In this document: positions 1-9,546 of the stretch, one piece after another
Position numbering within the stretch: position 1 is the stretch's first letter
Layout of the letters: every line of letters begins with the position of its first letter
Source of the DNA: a virus
Lineage: Duplodnaviria > Heunggongvirae > Uroviricota > Caudoviricetes
Strand: one strand, 5' to 3'
Virus record (IMG/VR): IMGVR_UViG_3300020577_013140
Coordinates: 20,381-84,380 of that record
DNA: 64,000 bases
Translations under genes and position numbers: made by a program
Notes under the pieces: generated by a model
What the model saw: the letters and a program-made list of their open reading frames with translations, nothing else
Databases searched by the model: none
Told to the model about the DNA's origin: nothing

Positions 1-3000
1 TTTGAGCCTCTCGCTGCGACAGATTTGGGAGCAGGTACCTACTTTGCAGAATACCCTGCAGGGTACGGAAAGACGCTAAACGTCGACATTCAATACCGCG
101 TGGTGGCGAAGCCAGTCGTGGATGCCAACTCCAGCAAGATCGTGCTGTACCAGCGGGCCTACTTCACGCCAGCCCAGCTCTCGTGGACCGGCCAGCCTGA
201 GAAAACTTATCGAGTCAAACGACACCAATTGCTTGCTAACGGTACGGAAGAAGTCGTAGAGATCTCCTCTGAATTGTCAGGTCGGACAAGCTATTTCTTC
301 GTCGACGCACCTACTTCGATTTGCCCAGTACGTATTCACCCAAGCCATTTAGACGAAAAAGATCTTTACCAAGTAAACGATAGTATCTTGCATTACTACG
401 TGTATGATACCACCGGTAATCAGTCGACGCTGTTGCACTCCTGGACACCGGCGCAGCTACGGGCAACGAGCGCGCCATTATTTGTAGTACGTCCAGACAA
501 TATTCTCCCGACCGACGCCGGAGACCTCTTCGGCGTATATGCCCAGGCGCTCACCGATACTTCCAACAATCCCCTATATGCCTCTCCTGGGAACGAGCGA
601 AGCTTGATCTCTACTCCAGGAGGAAAAGGACTGCTCTACAAAATTTACGGGCCTAACACCCCTGCCGGTATCAGCGGCATCCGCTTTGTGGCGCCGTATT
701 ACGACTCACCGGTTGAGCCTCTAGGCAGTAAGTATGAACAGTTCGTCGAGCTCTTTGCCAATGAGACCTTTACCTGGTCAAAAGAGCGCTTATCGACAGT
801 TCAGAATACCTGCAGTGGTCGGCCGACGCCTTGTGTTAACCCATGGTTTCCGTCTCCGCTAAACTTCTATGGATTGGAACAAGTCTGGCGGGTCACCGGG
901 CAACCTGAAGCTTCGTCGACCGACATCATGTCGCAACGCTGCAGGATCTTTCAGCACAAAAGGTTCTTCGGCGCGACACCAATGCTTATCGAGAATACCG
1001 CAGGCTGCGAACCTGGGCAGTTTACAGGCGTATTTGTCTTCAACCCAGCCGTAAATTCCCTGACCGGAGTAGGTAACTTTCGCACCCTGGTCACTGCCAA
1101 CGAATGCTGGTACACCGGCGTAGATAACATCGACAGCTTCCCTATTTACGAGACAGTCGAAGACTTTGCGTGGAACGCAGGGTTACCAGCTTACGACGAG
1201 GCCTTTTACTCCACCCAATGGACCCCATGGTCTGACGCCACTCCATGTACTATCAACGGCGCCGACGCAGCCTGGTACGTACTTCGAACCGGCTACGAGC
1301 GTCTGCACCTTCAATCATTGATGGTGCCAGCACCTGGGGAGTACCAGGTTCGCGGACTAGGCTACATCACCTACAACGGACAAAAATACTACAGTGGGGA
1401 TCCGATCACTTTCCAGTCAAACAACCTGATCTACAACGTTTCTGACCCCACCATGAAACTGGTGACGGTCACCAGTATTGCTTGTAACGAGTTGGTCTTC
1501 GACTTTTTCGCAGGTATCGCTCCAGCCAAGGATCTTGGAGAAAGCGAGCTGCGGGATGGCTTGATATACCGTGTGTGCCAAGGCAAGGGTATCACATATC
1601 TGAAAAAGACCAATACCGGGCAAGAGCTTACAACGGTCTTGCCGGGACAAACTTTCACTTGGCGTGCTGGCGATACTTCAGTAATCCGGCTACCTGCCAA
1701 CGCCGTTTCACAAATCAGGGCGGTGGAAGGCATCATACACCAAGAGGATGTGCCCAAGAAGGGTGTCTCCAATGAGTGGTGTATGTTCTTGTCCTTAAAC
1801 CACTACCATCCGTCTGAAAGCTCCATCTGGAAAACTGATCTCTACGGTGATGTCATGCCTTTCTTGCATAACAGGTGCCACACATACTCGATTGAGATCA
1901 AGGACCCATACCATCCAGTCTTGTCGCAGCAGTTTTGCTACGGGCAGTTCCCTCCATTAGTATCTGAAGCTCCTCCAGGTTACACCTACCTGGAAGACAT
2001 CAACTTCCCTTACTGGCCCGATCGCCAGGTGGCGCGTGACTACTATCGCAGCTGCCAGGTTTACCGCCAACCATACATGTTGGAATCCGTGCAGCTCGTC
2101 TACACACCTACTGGGCAAGAGGACGCCGACGGTAATCCTGCCTATAGCGATAACATCGTAAAGGTGGTAATCAGAGGCCGTATTCAGCATACCCGTGCAG
2201 CGGCTGCGGCCGTGGACAGCACTAACGATGGCGCCAGCGACAAACGAGCCGCCTTGCGTTCTGAGCCCTACCGTACTGACGAAAACGCCATACGCGAATA
2301 CTTGCAATACAATGGTGGGCACTACCACTGTGTGAAAGGAATGATCGGAGATAGCGCCACCAGCTACAACGTATTCACGCTGCCTGATGATCCAATGGGC
2401 GCCTGCCATCCGAGGTTCTATTTGGTGAAGCTTGTCCCTTATGTCCACGAAGACGGTAATACCAGTGTGGAGCAAGACTCTGACAGTCTCATCCGGGTGG
2501 ATCCATACGTCCAAATGGACATGTACCTTCGGGCAATGTGTGGTGGATGGATGGACCTGGATTCTCTCAAGTCGATTAACTGTGACCAGGGCCTGTCTTC
2601 GAGCCCTGTGGCGGACTATCTATACGAAAACCTGTGTTACCAGGCCATTCGTTCGTACGGCGCACATCTTGACGTTACTCCTACCGTGTTGGAAGGAAAA
2701 AACTTTCTACCGCTCAAGACACTGGTGCAGTACGACTTTGACTTCAGCCAAGCTTCTAGCGGCGATGAGCAGCTGATGTTGGAATACCGTACTTGGTTAC
2801 TAGACCGCTGCACCTGGGGACCATGGACGACGTACTCAGGTGCCATATCACCGACTGCTTCCAGCACGCCAATAGGCGGCACAGGTTATAGCACGCCTCC
2901 GGTGATCGAAGTGTCAGCCGGTGTTCCGGAACAGTTCAAGTATGAGGCCTTAGGCTCGCCGGTCACACTACAGGCAAACACGACCTACTTCCTATTCTCG

Positions 3001-6000
3001 GAAGAAACATCCGGAGGAGACTATTGGCATGACAGGACCTACACCGACCTCCAGAACAATAGTTACAAGGCCGAGTTGGCAACGCACGGGATATACAGCG
3101 TGTTCCCAGCCAAATACGTGAGTGGTGCATTGACGGTTTACACGAGCGGCGGTGACCAGAACTCCGGCTTTGGCTTAGTGAGCTTGCGCACAGGCTGCGT
3201 CGGGTGTGCACAAAACAGTGCAATCACACCAGTCGGTGAATACGGTAACAAGGTGCACAACATCACCGGACGCGTAGGTATTCGCTTTACAACCGGTAAC
3301 ACACCAATCACCGTTTACGAGCTTGGGCGTATGGTGATCGCCGGCAACAGTCAAATCCATACCGTTCGCCTAATGGCTTCGGATGGTGTGACACAATTGG
3401 CTGCAGTAAATATCGATGCCTCCTCGGCACTGATAAACCCCAATGACACAGCCACATGGACTCCACCGATACTGACTCCAGTCGTAGCTAATGGTGTGAT
3501 CACAGCAATCAACGTCGAAAACTCAGGCAGTGGGCTGGATGCTTCCAAGATAGCGTTGACCAAGCTGTACATCACCGGTGCCATAGGCAGCGGCGCTCAG
3601 GCACAAATTAACGAGATCTACCCAGCCAATTACGTCGCCGGGCAGGACGACCCGCCTTACAGTTACCCGGGTGGTATAAAGAGTGTTACAGTCACAAACG
3701 GAGGCACCGGTTACGCCTCGCCTGTGGTCGTGACATTTACAAATGAGAGCTTCAGAAACTCGGCCCCAGGCCAGCACTTTCCAGCCCAAGCAGTAGCTAC
3801 GGTTGGTGAGCAGGTGGTCGACCGTATTGTCGTGCCTGTCGGTGGAGAGGGAACAGGATATACCACAGCAACCGTACTGCTCTCTGGAGGAGGAGGTACC
3901 GGAGCCAGGGCGACGGCCGAGATAGTTAATGGAAGTATCACCCGCATCACCGTCACGGATCCTGGGCATAACTACCAGAATCCTCCAATCGTCTCAATTT
4001 CCGGAGACGGCACAGGTGCGGAAGGTATAGCCTTTCTGCGGCTGCTTCAGGGGTCTGTGGGGTCAATCGCAAAAATAACCATCACCCCAGAGACAGAGGC
4101 TAATTACGGCTACGTGTTCCCTCCGGATGTAGTCATCACAGGAGGCGACAGTGGCGACAACTCTGCTCACGGCGCATACGGTGTTGCCAAGATGCAAGTG
4201 CTTAACATGGCTGACGACACCAGCATGCGGGTGGTCGGAGTCGATCTGGTGCCTGAGCCTTACGATGGCCTGGCCTCCGTCACTATTCCTTACGACGGCC
4301 CCACCATGACCAAGACCGAGTTTCGGTTTACTCGACTGGCTGACTGGCCGGGAGGTATCAAGAATGCTAACGCAGCGGAAGTGGCAGACATTAGTGTAAC
4401 AGCGACCTCGCTGCTTTCGTTTTACTTCCTTCCTGACCTTCCAGGAAATCCGCATAAGTACGAAATCAAGCGAGCTGACTTTCTGTACGGTTCAGGTTGC
4501 AACCGTACGCCAACCAGTTGGACAACCTTGACTGGGCTGAATGGCGTAACAGGTCCATTGTGTACTGCCAATAGTAACCACTACGAGTACGATGACTGTA
4601 CCGATAACTGTGCCTGCTTGTGGCCGGATCCGACCACCGATCACCTTCTTCCACTACACGCCCCACTGGAAGGTACTGACATAGTGGGTTCCACGTACCG
4701 CATAAAGGATCTGAACGAAATCGGCGGATCAGGGCATGTGACCTCAGTAGCTGTGGACTCACAAGGCACCTCCTATTCTGCTGGCACGTATGCAACTGTT
4801 GTAGGAGGCGGAGGCACAGGAGCCACCGTTGCGCTTACCGTCAGTGGAGGCTTGGTGACAGGCATCACGTTGACAAACACTGGTAGTGGATACACCCAGA
4901 ACCCGCATATCGTAATCACTGACCCGACCGGCGCCGGGCACGGTGCCAAGGCATCGGCTATTGCTGACTCAAAACTACTCAGCTATTACCTGACGTGGCC
5001 TATGCAGCCATTGGTCGTCTACAACGTAGAGCGCCGCCTGTTTTATCGATTCGACTCCGACATGTCGTGGCATACGTTGGCAACCGGCGTACGTGCTCCG
5101 TATATCGACAACGCACCATGGGAAGAAGGATTCTCGAAGGAGATAGGCGTCGATATCGTCGAGAACCGGCAGAGTCTCGGTGCTCCCGTCGTTATAAGCT
5201 CTGACAATAACCAGTCTTCCCAGACTGCCCGCTCCTTCAATATTACGGCCAGCAAAACCTACAAGAACGTTTACGTAAATTGTGTCGTAACGGTGACAAC
5301 ACCACTGGACGGGCAAGTGGGGTCAGTGGATATTGACTTTCCTGTCGAGGAAGTGGTGGTATATGCCGAAGATTCCACCACAATTGCCTTTGAAGACACC
5401 CGCACATTCTCGCAATGGGATGGGCGCATTGTGTCCTTCACCTATACGATGAGTGAAGTTTCATCAGTGACCGCCTCCTGGCCGACGTTGAACAACCATA
5501 AGGTTCTGGTGGAAAACGCAGCGGAGTCTGAGGTGACGTATGAACTGCACCGTACATTTGAAACAGCTGAAAACTCAGGCTCGACCCTGGTTGACGAGAT
5601 CATCGCGGTTTCAAAAATATCTGGTGCTTCAGCGCCGGACTTTAACCTGGCCGCCGACCAAACCGGCATTACCGTGCAATGGACTGGCTGGAATGACGAT
5701 AGTCACAGACGGCTAGACGATGAACGTAACAACATCGGGTTCTCTCCGAAGCCCCGTATTACGAACACCGAAAAGTACCATGTGATCGCGCACTGGAAAG
5801 ACTGGCCGGAAACTCGCTGCATCGAGGACGCTCAACAGAACCGTGAGGAGTGCGATCCCTTGAACCCGGATACTCCATGCATCAATGCAAACCGACAATA
5901 CCGGGTGGAGACAATCGTGGCGGTCAGGAACCGCTGGTTCACCGCCATGCCCATGGGAATTAACATCGAGCGCCCTCAAGGGTTCTCGCCTGTGCCAAAT

Positions 6001-6852
6001 ACTTGCACCTACGCCGAGATGTTCAACAACTTCGCTAACGCGATTAACAAGCTCATCTACGTCCGGTTGGAACTTCCGTTTACCAAGCGCATGCGCAAGA
6101 TGTACCAGACCTCGGTCCCTTCCTCCTTCTGGTCTGCTCAAATTCCTCCGACTGACTGCTCAAGTATTGGCTGTCTAGGCAGCGGTACGGCACGTGGAGT
6201 GTGTGCTGAGGGCGTCGCAGAAACGACGTACACTGATTGGGACGAAATTCCGGTAGCTGCCTCAGTCACAGCTTCGGCGAGCGTAGGCCCAACCGGCTGG
6301 TCCTCGAACGGCGACTGTGTCAACAACATGAAAATGGGCACTTACCGCGCCTCCACACAGTTTGGAGTAGATCCTGACCAGGAAGCGTTCTCAGCCATAC
6401 CCACGGAGCTGCTGGATAATTTCAGCATCACAAACCTGGCGCTGATCGGTAAACGGTCGGACGAATATGGAAACTGCCGTCTCCGTAGCGGGCTGTACCA
6501 GGGATGTGCAGCAGACACCTGTTGCCGAAACTATTACCAGGGTGACTGCGATTGCCAGGATGAACCTGGTGGACCGGTATATACCACCAACCGCTGTGGA
6601 TGTAACTGCAGGTTGCAGGAAAATGGTACCTTTGCCCGAAATGAATGCCGCACACTATGGACCAACGAAGGCGAATGTGCAGTATTTATGGAAGGAGTAA
6701 TTACGGCCCCCGGACTTCCTTGTGGTGACGCTGGTTGGATAGGTGGTAACGGGTTTGAACGGCAGATTCTGTGCACCTCTGGTGCCTCCTGGTCAGCCTC
6801 GTACATCGACGGCATTCGGAGCTTGGTTTACATGAGCTTCCCATTATACTAA
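1..6852 (+). CDS. Giant Gly-rich repeat protein (5'-partial, >=2283 aa), probable virion structural or adhesin protein
   Basis: Open from nt 1 in frame (the track start at 25 is TTG). Repeated G-rich modules (GGTGYASPVVVTF, GGEGTGYTTATVLLSGGGGTGARATA, VVGGGGTGATVALTVSGG..GSGYTQNPHIVITDPTGAGHGA) and a Cys-rich C-terminus (CRLRSGLYQGCAADTCCRNYYQGDCDCQ..). Confidence 0.6.
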   Translation, partial: FEPLAATDLGAGTYFAEYPAGYGKTLNVDIQYRVVAKPVVDANSSKIVLYQRAYFTPAQLSWTGQPEKTYRVKRHQLLANGTEEVVEISSELSGRTSYFFVDAPTSICPVRIHPSHLDEKDLYQVNDSILHYYVYDTTGNQSTLLHSWTPAQLRATSAPLFVVRPDNILPTDAGDLFGVYAQALTDTSNNPLYASPGNERSLISTPGGKGLLYKIYGPNTPAGISGIRFVAPYYDSPVEPLGSKYEQFVELFANETFTWSKERLSTVQNTCSGRPTPCVNPWFPSPLNFYGLEQVWRVTGQPEASSTDIMSQRCRIFQHKRFFGATPMLIENTAGCEPGQFTGVFVFNPAVNSLTGVGNFRTLVTANECWYTGVDNIDSFPIYETVEDFAWNAGLPAYDEAFYSTQWTPWSDATPCTINGADAAWYVLRTGYERLHLQSLMVPAPGEYQVRGLGYITYNGQKYYSGDPITFQSNNLIYNVSDPTMKLVTVTSIACNELVFDFFAGIAPAKDLGESELRDGLIYRVCQGKGITYLKKTNTGQELTTVLPGQTFTWRAGDTSVIRLPANAVSQIRAVEGIIHQEDVPKKGVSNEWCMFLSLNHYHPSESSIWKTDLYGDVMPFLHNRCHTYSIEIKDPYHPVLSQQFCYGQFPPLVSEAPPGYTYLEDINFPYWPDRQVARDYYRSCQVYRQPYMLESVQLVYTPTGQEDADGNPAYSDNIVKVVIRGRIQHTRAAAAAVDSTNDGASDKRAALRSEPYRTDENAIREYLQYNGGHYHCVKGMIGDSATSYNVFTLPDDPMGACHPRFYLVKLVPYVHEDGNTSVEQDSDSLIRVDPYVQMDMYLRAMCGGWMDLDSLKSINCDQGLSSSPVADYLYENLCYQAIRSYGAHLDVTPTVLEGKNFLPLKTLVQYDFDFSQASSGDEQLMLEYRTWLLDRCTWGPWTTYSGAISPTASSTPIGGTGYSTPPVIEVSAGVPEQFKYEALGSPVTLQANTTYFLFSEETSGGDYWHDRTYTDLQNNSYKAELATHGIYSVFPAKYVSGALTVYTSGGDQNSGFGLVSLRTGCVGCAQNSAITPVGEYGNKVHNITGRVGIRFTTGNTPITVYELGRMVIAGNSQIHTVRLMASDGVTQLAAVNIDASSALINPNDTATWTPPILTPVVANGVITAINVENSGSGLDASKIALTKLYITGAIGSGAQAQINEIYPANYVAGQDDPPYSYPGGIKSVTVTNGGTGYASPVVVTFTNESFRNSAPGQHFPAQAVATVGEQVVDRIVVPVGGEGTGYTTATVLLSGGGGTGARATAEIVNGSITRITVTDPGHNYQNPPIVSISGDGTGAEGIAFLRLLQGSVGSIAKITITPETEANYGYVFPPDVVITGGDSGDNSAHGAYGVAKMQVLNMADDTSMRVVGVDLVPEPYDGLASVTIPYDGPTMTKTEFRFTRLADWPGGIKNANAAEVADISVTATSLLSFYFLPDLPGNPHKYEIKRADFLYGSGCNRTPTSWTTLTGLNGVTGPLCTANSNHYEYDDCTDNCACLWPDPTTDHLLPLHAPLEGTDIVGSTYRIKDLNEIGGSGHVTSVAVDSQGTSYSAGTYATVVGGGGTGATVALTVSGGLVTGITLTNTGSGYTQNPHIVITDPTGAGHGAKASAIADSKLLSYYLTWPMQPLVVYNVERRLFYRFDSDMSWHTLATGVRAPYIDNAPWEEGFSKEIGVDIVENRQSLGAPVVISSDNNQSSQTARSFNITASKTYKNVYVNCVVTVTTPLDGQVGSVDIDFPVEEVVVYAEDSTTIAFEDTRTFSQWDGRIVSFTYTMSEVSSVTASWPTLNNHKVLVENAAESEVTYELHRTFETAENSGSTLVDEIIAVSKISGASAPDFNLAADQTGITVQWTGWNDDSHRRLDDERNNIGFSPKPRITNTEKYHVIAHWKDWPETRCIEDAQQNREECDPLNPDTPCINANRQYRVETIVAVRNRWFTAMPMGINIERPQGFSPVPNTCTYAEMFNNFANAINKLIYVRLELPFTKRMRKMYQTSVPSSFWSAQIPPTDCSSIGCLGSGTARGVCAEGVAETTYTDWDEIPVAASVTASASVGPTGWSSNGDCVNNMKMGTYRASTQFGVDPDQEAFSAIPTELLDNFSITNLALIGKRSDEYGNCRLRSGLYQGCAADTCCRNYYQGDCDCQDEPGGPVYTTNRCGCNCRLQENGTFARNECRTLWTNEGECAVFMEGVITAPGLPCGDAGWIGGNGFERQILCTSGASWSASYIDGIRSLVYMSFPLY

Positions 6853-6856
6853 GCCT

Positions 6857-7303
6857 ATGATTTACTTTCCTGTCCCGAATAATGCACCACCGACTCCGGT
6901 CGCTCACATTATCAGAGGGCCGGCGAGAAAGGCGAGTGCAACATCTCCGCTTGTTGCGCCGAAGTCCATTACTCCGCCCCATGAGGAATTAAAGAAGCTG
7001 GTCCAAAAGACCAGTGTGCCTCTGCCACCACCAGAGACCGTGCTGACAGAAGAGTCGGTGCCGTCACTGCCCAGCATGACGCAGATGGCAAAAAACGTAC
7101 TGGGAAGTCTAGGGAGAGTAGTGAAGTCAGCTGCTCAAGGACAGGGTGTGCAGCTGGGGAAAGAAGCAGCAGAGGCACGTCTCGCAATTTGCAAAACGTG
7201 CCCCTTTTTCCGACATGTCGACGAACGCTGTTCCAAATGCGGCTGTTACATGGCCGTGAAGACGTACCTTCGTGCGGAGAAATGCCCGGTAGGAAAATGG
7301 TAA
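6857..7303 (+). CDS. Pro-rich protein with C-terminal Cys4 zinc-ribbon (CKTCPFF..CSKCGC)
   Basis: 148-aa ORF immediately after the giant ORF; C-terminal CxxC..CxxC. Confidence 0.4.
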   Translation: MIYFPVPNNAPPTPVAHIIRGPARKASATSPLVAPKSITPPHEELKKLVQKTSVPLPPPETVLTEESVPSLPSMTQMAKNVLGSLGRVVKSAAQGQGVQLGKEAAEARLAICKTCPFFRHVDERCSKCGCYMAVKTYLRAEKCPVGKW

Positions 7304-7993
7304 CTATACCTCCGGGATCTTCACCCGGCTATTGAGAATAGTCTCGTGGTCCACCCACTTGAGCTTGCCTTCCTTGTCCTTGACGAGCTTGTAGAGCTTG
7401 TTGTCGCGCCCCTTGAGGGTGTTGGCTGCGATGTACTGCGTCACACCAACCTTGTCGGATTCAGCGATGTGCAGGGGGTCAAAGAAACCGAACGACGAGG
7501 TATTGATCTGCCGTGACTCCTTCGGGATAGACTCGCTGCCGGCAATACCGCCCTCACCCATCTTCGTCACGCGATGGGCATTGTCGAAATGCTCCATCGG
7601 GTTAATACCTTCCACGTTATTACTCAGGCTGTTCCCGATAACCACAGACTTAATTTGAGGCGTGAAGAAGGAAGACGAGAGCCAGCTAAGATTTTTTCTT
7701 TGCTGGATCTTGAGCGCTGCCTTTTTACGTAGTCCCGCAGCGTCTTTTTCAATATGGTCTTTGATGAAGTCTTCAAGTCCTAGAAAGCTGGAAAAACGAA
7801 GGTTATCGCGGTCATCCGGTTCGACTTCCTTCTTGTTGATTTTGATCAGCTTGGCCGAAGCAAGCAGCAACGTACGAGCGGAAACGCTGGAGAGCGGCTC
7901 CCCTAACGTTTGCTTCGTGACGACTGGATCGACGTAAGTGCGAGCCAACCACTTTTTCAGCGCGTCGATTTTTTCTTGTTTGGATAAGACCAT
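7304..7993 (-). CDS. Fragment of multisubunit RNA polymerase beta subunit (split-RNAP piece, fork/Rif-region homolog)
   Basis: [42 protein letters not shown] aligns to rpoB [65 protein letters not shown] aligns to [31 protein letters not shown]. Confidence 0.6.
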   Translation of the reverse strand: [229 protein letters not shown]

Positions 7994-7994
7994 A

Positions 7995-8010
7995 TGCGTA
8001 TATTACTCAA
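7995..8010 (+). promoter_or_regulatory. AT-rich TATATTAC element resembling phiKZ-type early promoter core
   Basis: gcgtatattactc sits in the intergenic region upstream of the dCMP deaminase gene. Confidence 0.2.
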
Positions 8011-8239
8011 TAGACCGGTTTTACACAAGCTCTATGACCCTACAAATCGAACTAGACGAGGCCGCCGAAACAGTGCATCTCGTCGTTGACGATCAGCTGG
8101 TCCTTAACGCCCACCGTCGCTCTCCGACCCATATCGTTTTCCGAAACTTCGACGCGCTCGTTGACGACAGGATCCACGACGCCGTAAAGGCAATCGCAAC
8201 CACGCTACTAGATTTGACAGGGGTCTGAGGTGTGCTAGA

Positions 8240-8662
8240 TTGCACCTCATGTCGAGTAAGAAACGAGCAACTTGGCCAGAGTTCGCAATGAGCCTGGCCC
8301 AACAAGCAGCGGATCAACGCTGCCAGGACCCTTACGTTCAGGTAGGGGCGTGCTGCCTACGGCACGATAACTCCGTGGCATCAATTGGTTACAACGGCCC
8401 ACCTCCTGGGGTCGAGGTCGACTGGAGCAACCGGGATGACCGGCGCAAACGCATGCTCCATGCCGAGGTCAACTGTCTCCGCTACGTCAACCCCGGCGAA
8501 GGCAAGCTCTTGGCTGTCACTGTAATTCCTTGCCTCTCATGCCTTTCCGTCATCGCTAGCTGGGGTATCAAGGAAGTCTATTACAAAAATGAGTGGACAG
8601 GTACCGATCCTGACCTCTTCACGGTAGCTAAAGAATTCGGAATCACCTTGCAAAAACTATGA
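8240..8662 (+). CDS. dCMP/cytidine deaminase (zinc-dependent)
   Basis: HAEVNCL and PCLSC zinc-binding motifs. Confidence 0.8.
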   Translation: MHLMSSKKRATWPEFAMSLAQQAADQRCQDPYVQVGACCLRHDNSVASIGYNGPPPGVEVDWSNRDDRRKRMLHAEVNCLRYVNPGEGKLLAVTVIPCLSCLSVIASWGIKEVYYKNEWTGTDPDLFTVAKEFGITLQKL

Positions 8663-9063
8663 GCACACTGCGCACTGTAAAAACTTTTGAGGCCAAGATC
8701 TACGTGGGTCTTCGTAAGCGCTATTCTCGAGAGATATTACCCATGAAGGAACTCCTCGCCATTTGCAAAGAGGCAGTCAAGGATGGCTGGTGCCTGACGG
8801 TGCAAATAATCGACTACGTCTACACTCCCACCTACACCGTCGGGCAACTGGACCCTGTCGATGGTGAGCCTGGTGCAGTAATCGGGGCGATCAACTACCC
8901 CAGGTTTCCTACAGAGCCTGAGGTCTTGAAGGCCAAGGTGTTAGCCTTGGCCAGTTCCTTGCGTGAACAACTGGAACAGGAGCGAGTATCTGTGGTCTTT
9001 ACCGACGAGACAGTGCTGGTCGAACGCGAAGTTGTGTCAACAGAGAAAAGTTCAGAAAAGTGA
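8659..9063 (+). CDS. hypothetical protein
   Basis: 134-aa ORF with a 4-nt overlap with the upstream gene. Confidence 0.4.
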   Translation: MSTLRTVKTFEAKIYVGLRKRYSREILPMKELLAICKEAVKDGWCLTVQIIDYVYTPTYTVGQLDPVDGEPGAVIGAINYPRFPTEPEVLKAKVLALASSLREQLEQERVSVVFTDETVLVEREVVSTEKSSEK

Positions 9064-9113
9064 TGCCGGTAAGTTGCGCGGGAAATGATCGTGGTGTATG
9101 TTAGAAAGACTGT

Positions 9114-9545
9114 ATGAAGATTAAATTCAAACGCCTAAGCCATACGGCGAAAGTTCCAACCAAAGCTACGACAGGTAGCGGAGCATACGACCTTTATTCG
9201 GTCGTCCAGACTATACTTTTCCCCGGTGAGCGCGAAGCTGTCGACACCGGTATTGCCATGGAGATCCCTGAAGGATTTGTCGGCCTGATCTGCCCTCGAA
9301 GTGGGTTGGCTGCCAAGCAGGGAGCAACAGTTCTGAACGGCCCAGGAGTAATTGACTCCGACTTCCGTGACTCAGTCAAGGCCATCGTGATCAATCAAAA
9401 TGTGAAAGTCCCTTGGGCTATCGAGATCGGAGACAAGATCGCACAGATTCTGTTTGTAAAAGCTGAGGAGGTCGACTTCGAAGAAACAAGCGAGTTATCA
9501 TCGACTGTACGTGGCACCGGCGGACTGGGTTCAACAGGTAAATAA
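9114..9545 (+). CDS. dut: dUTP diphosphatase (trimeric dUTPase)
   Basis: All five dUTPase motifs are present: GSGAYDL, PRSGLAAK, GVIDSDFRD, DKIAQIL, RGTGGLGSTGK. Confidence 0.9.
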   Translation: MKIKFKRLSHTAKVPTKATTGSGAYDLYSVVQTILFPGEREAVDTGIAMEIPEGFVGLICPRSGLAAKQGATVLNGPGVIDSDFRDSVKAIVINQNVKVPWAIEIGDKIAQILFVKAEEVDFEETSELSSTVRGTGGLGSTGK

Positions 9546-9546
9546 C

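Noticed and set aside
7938-8228. 96-aa plus-strand ORF between the RNAP fragment and dCMP deaminase
   Set aside because: It overlaps the 5' end of the RNAP-beta fragment gene on the opposite strand and lies in a probable promoter/leader region; considered non-coding.
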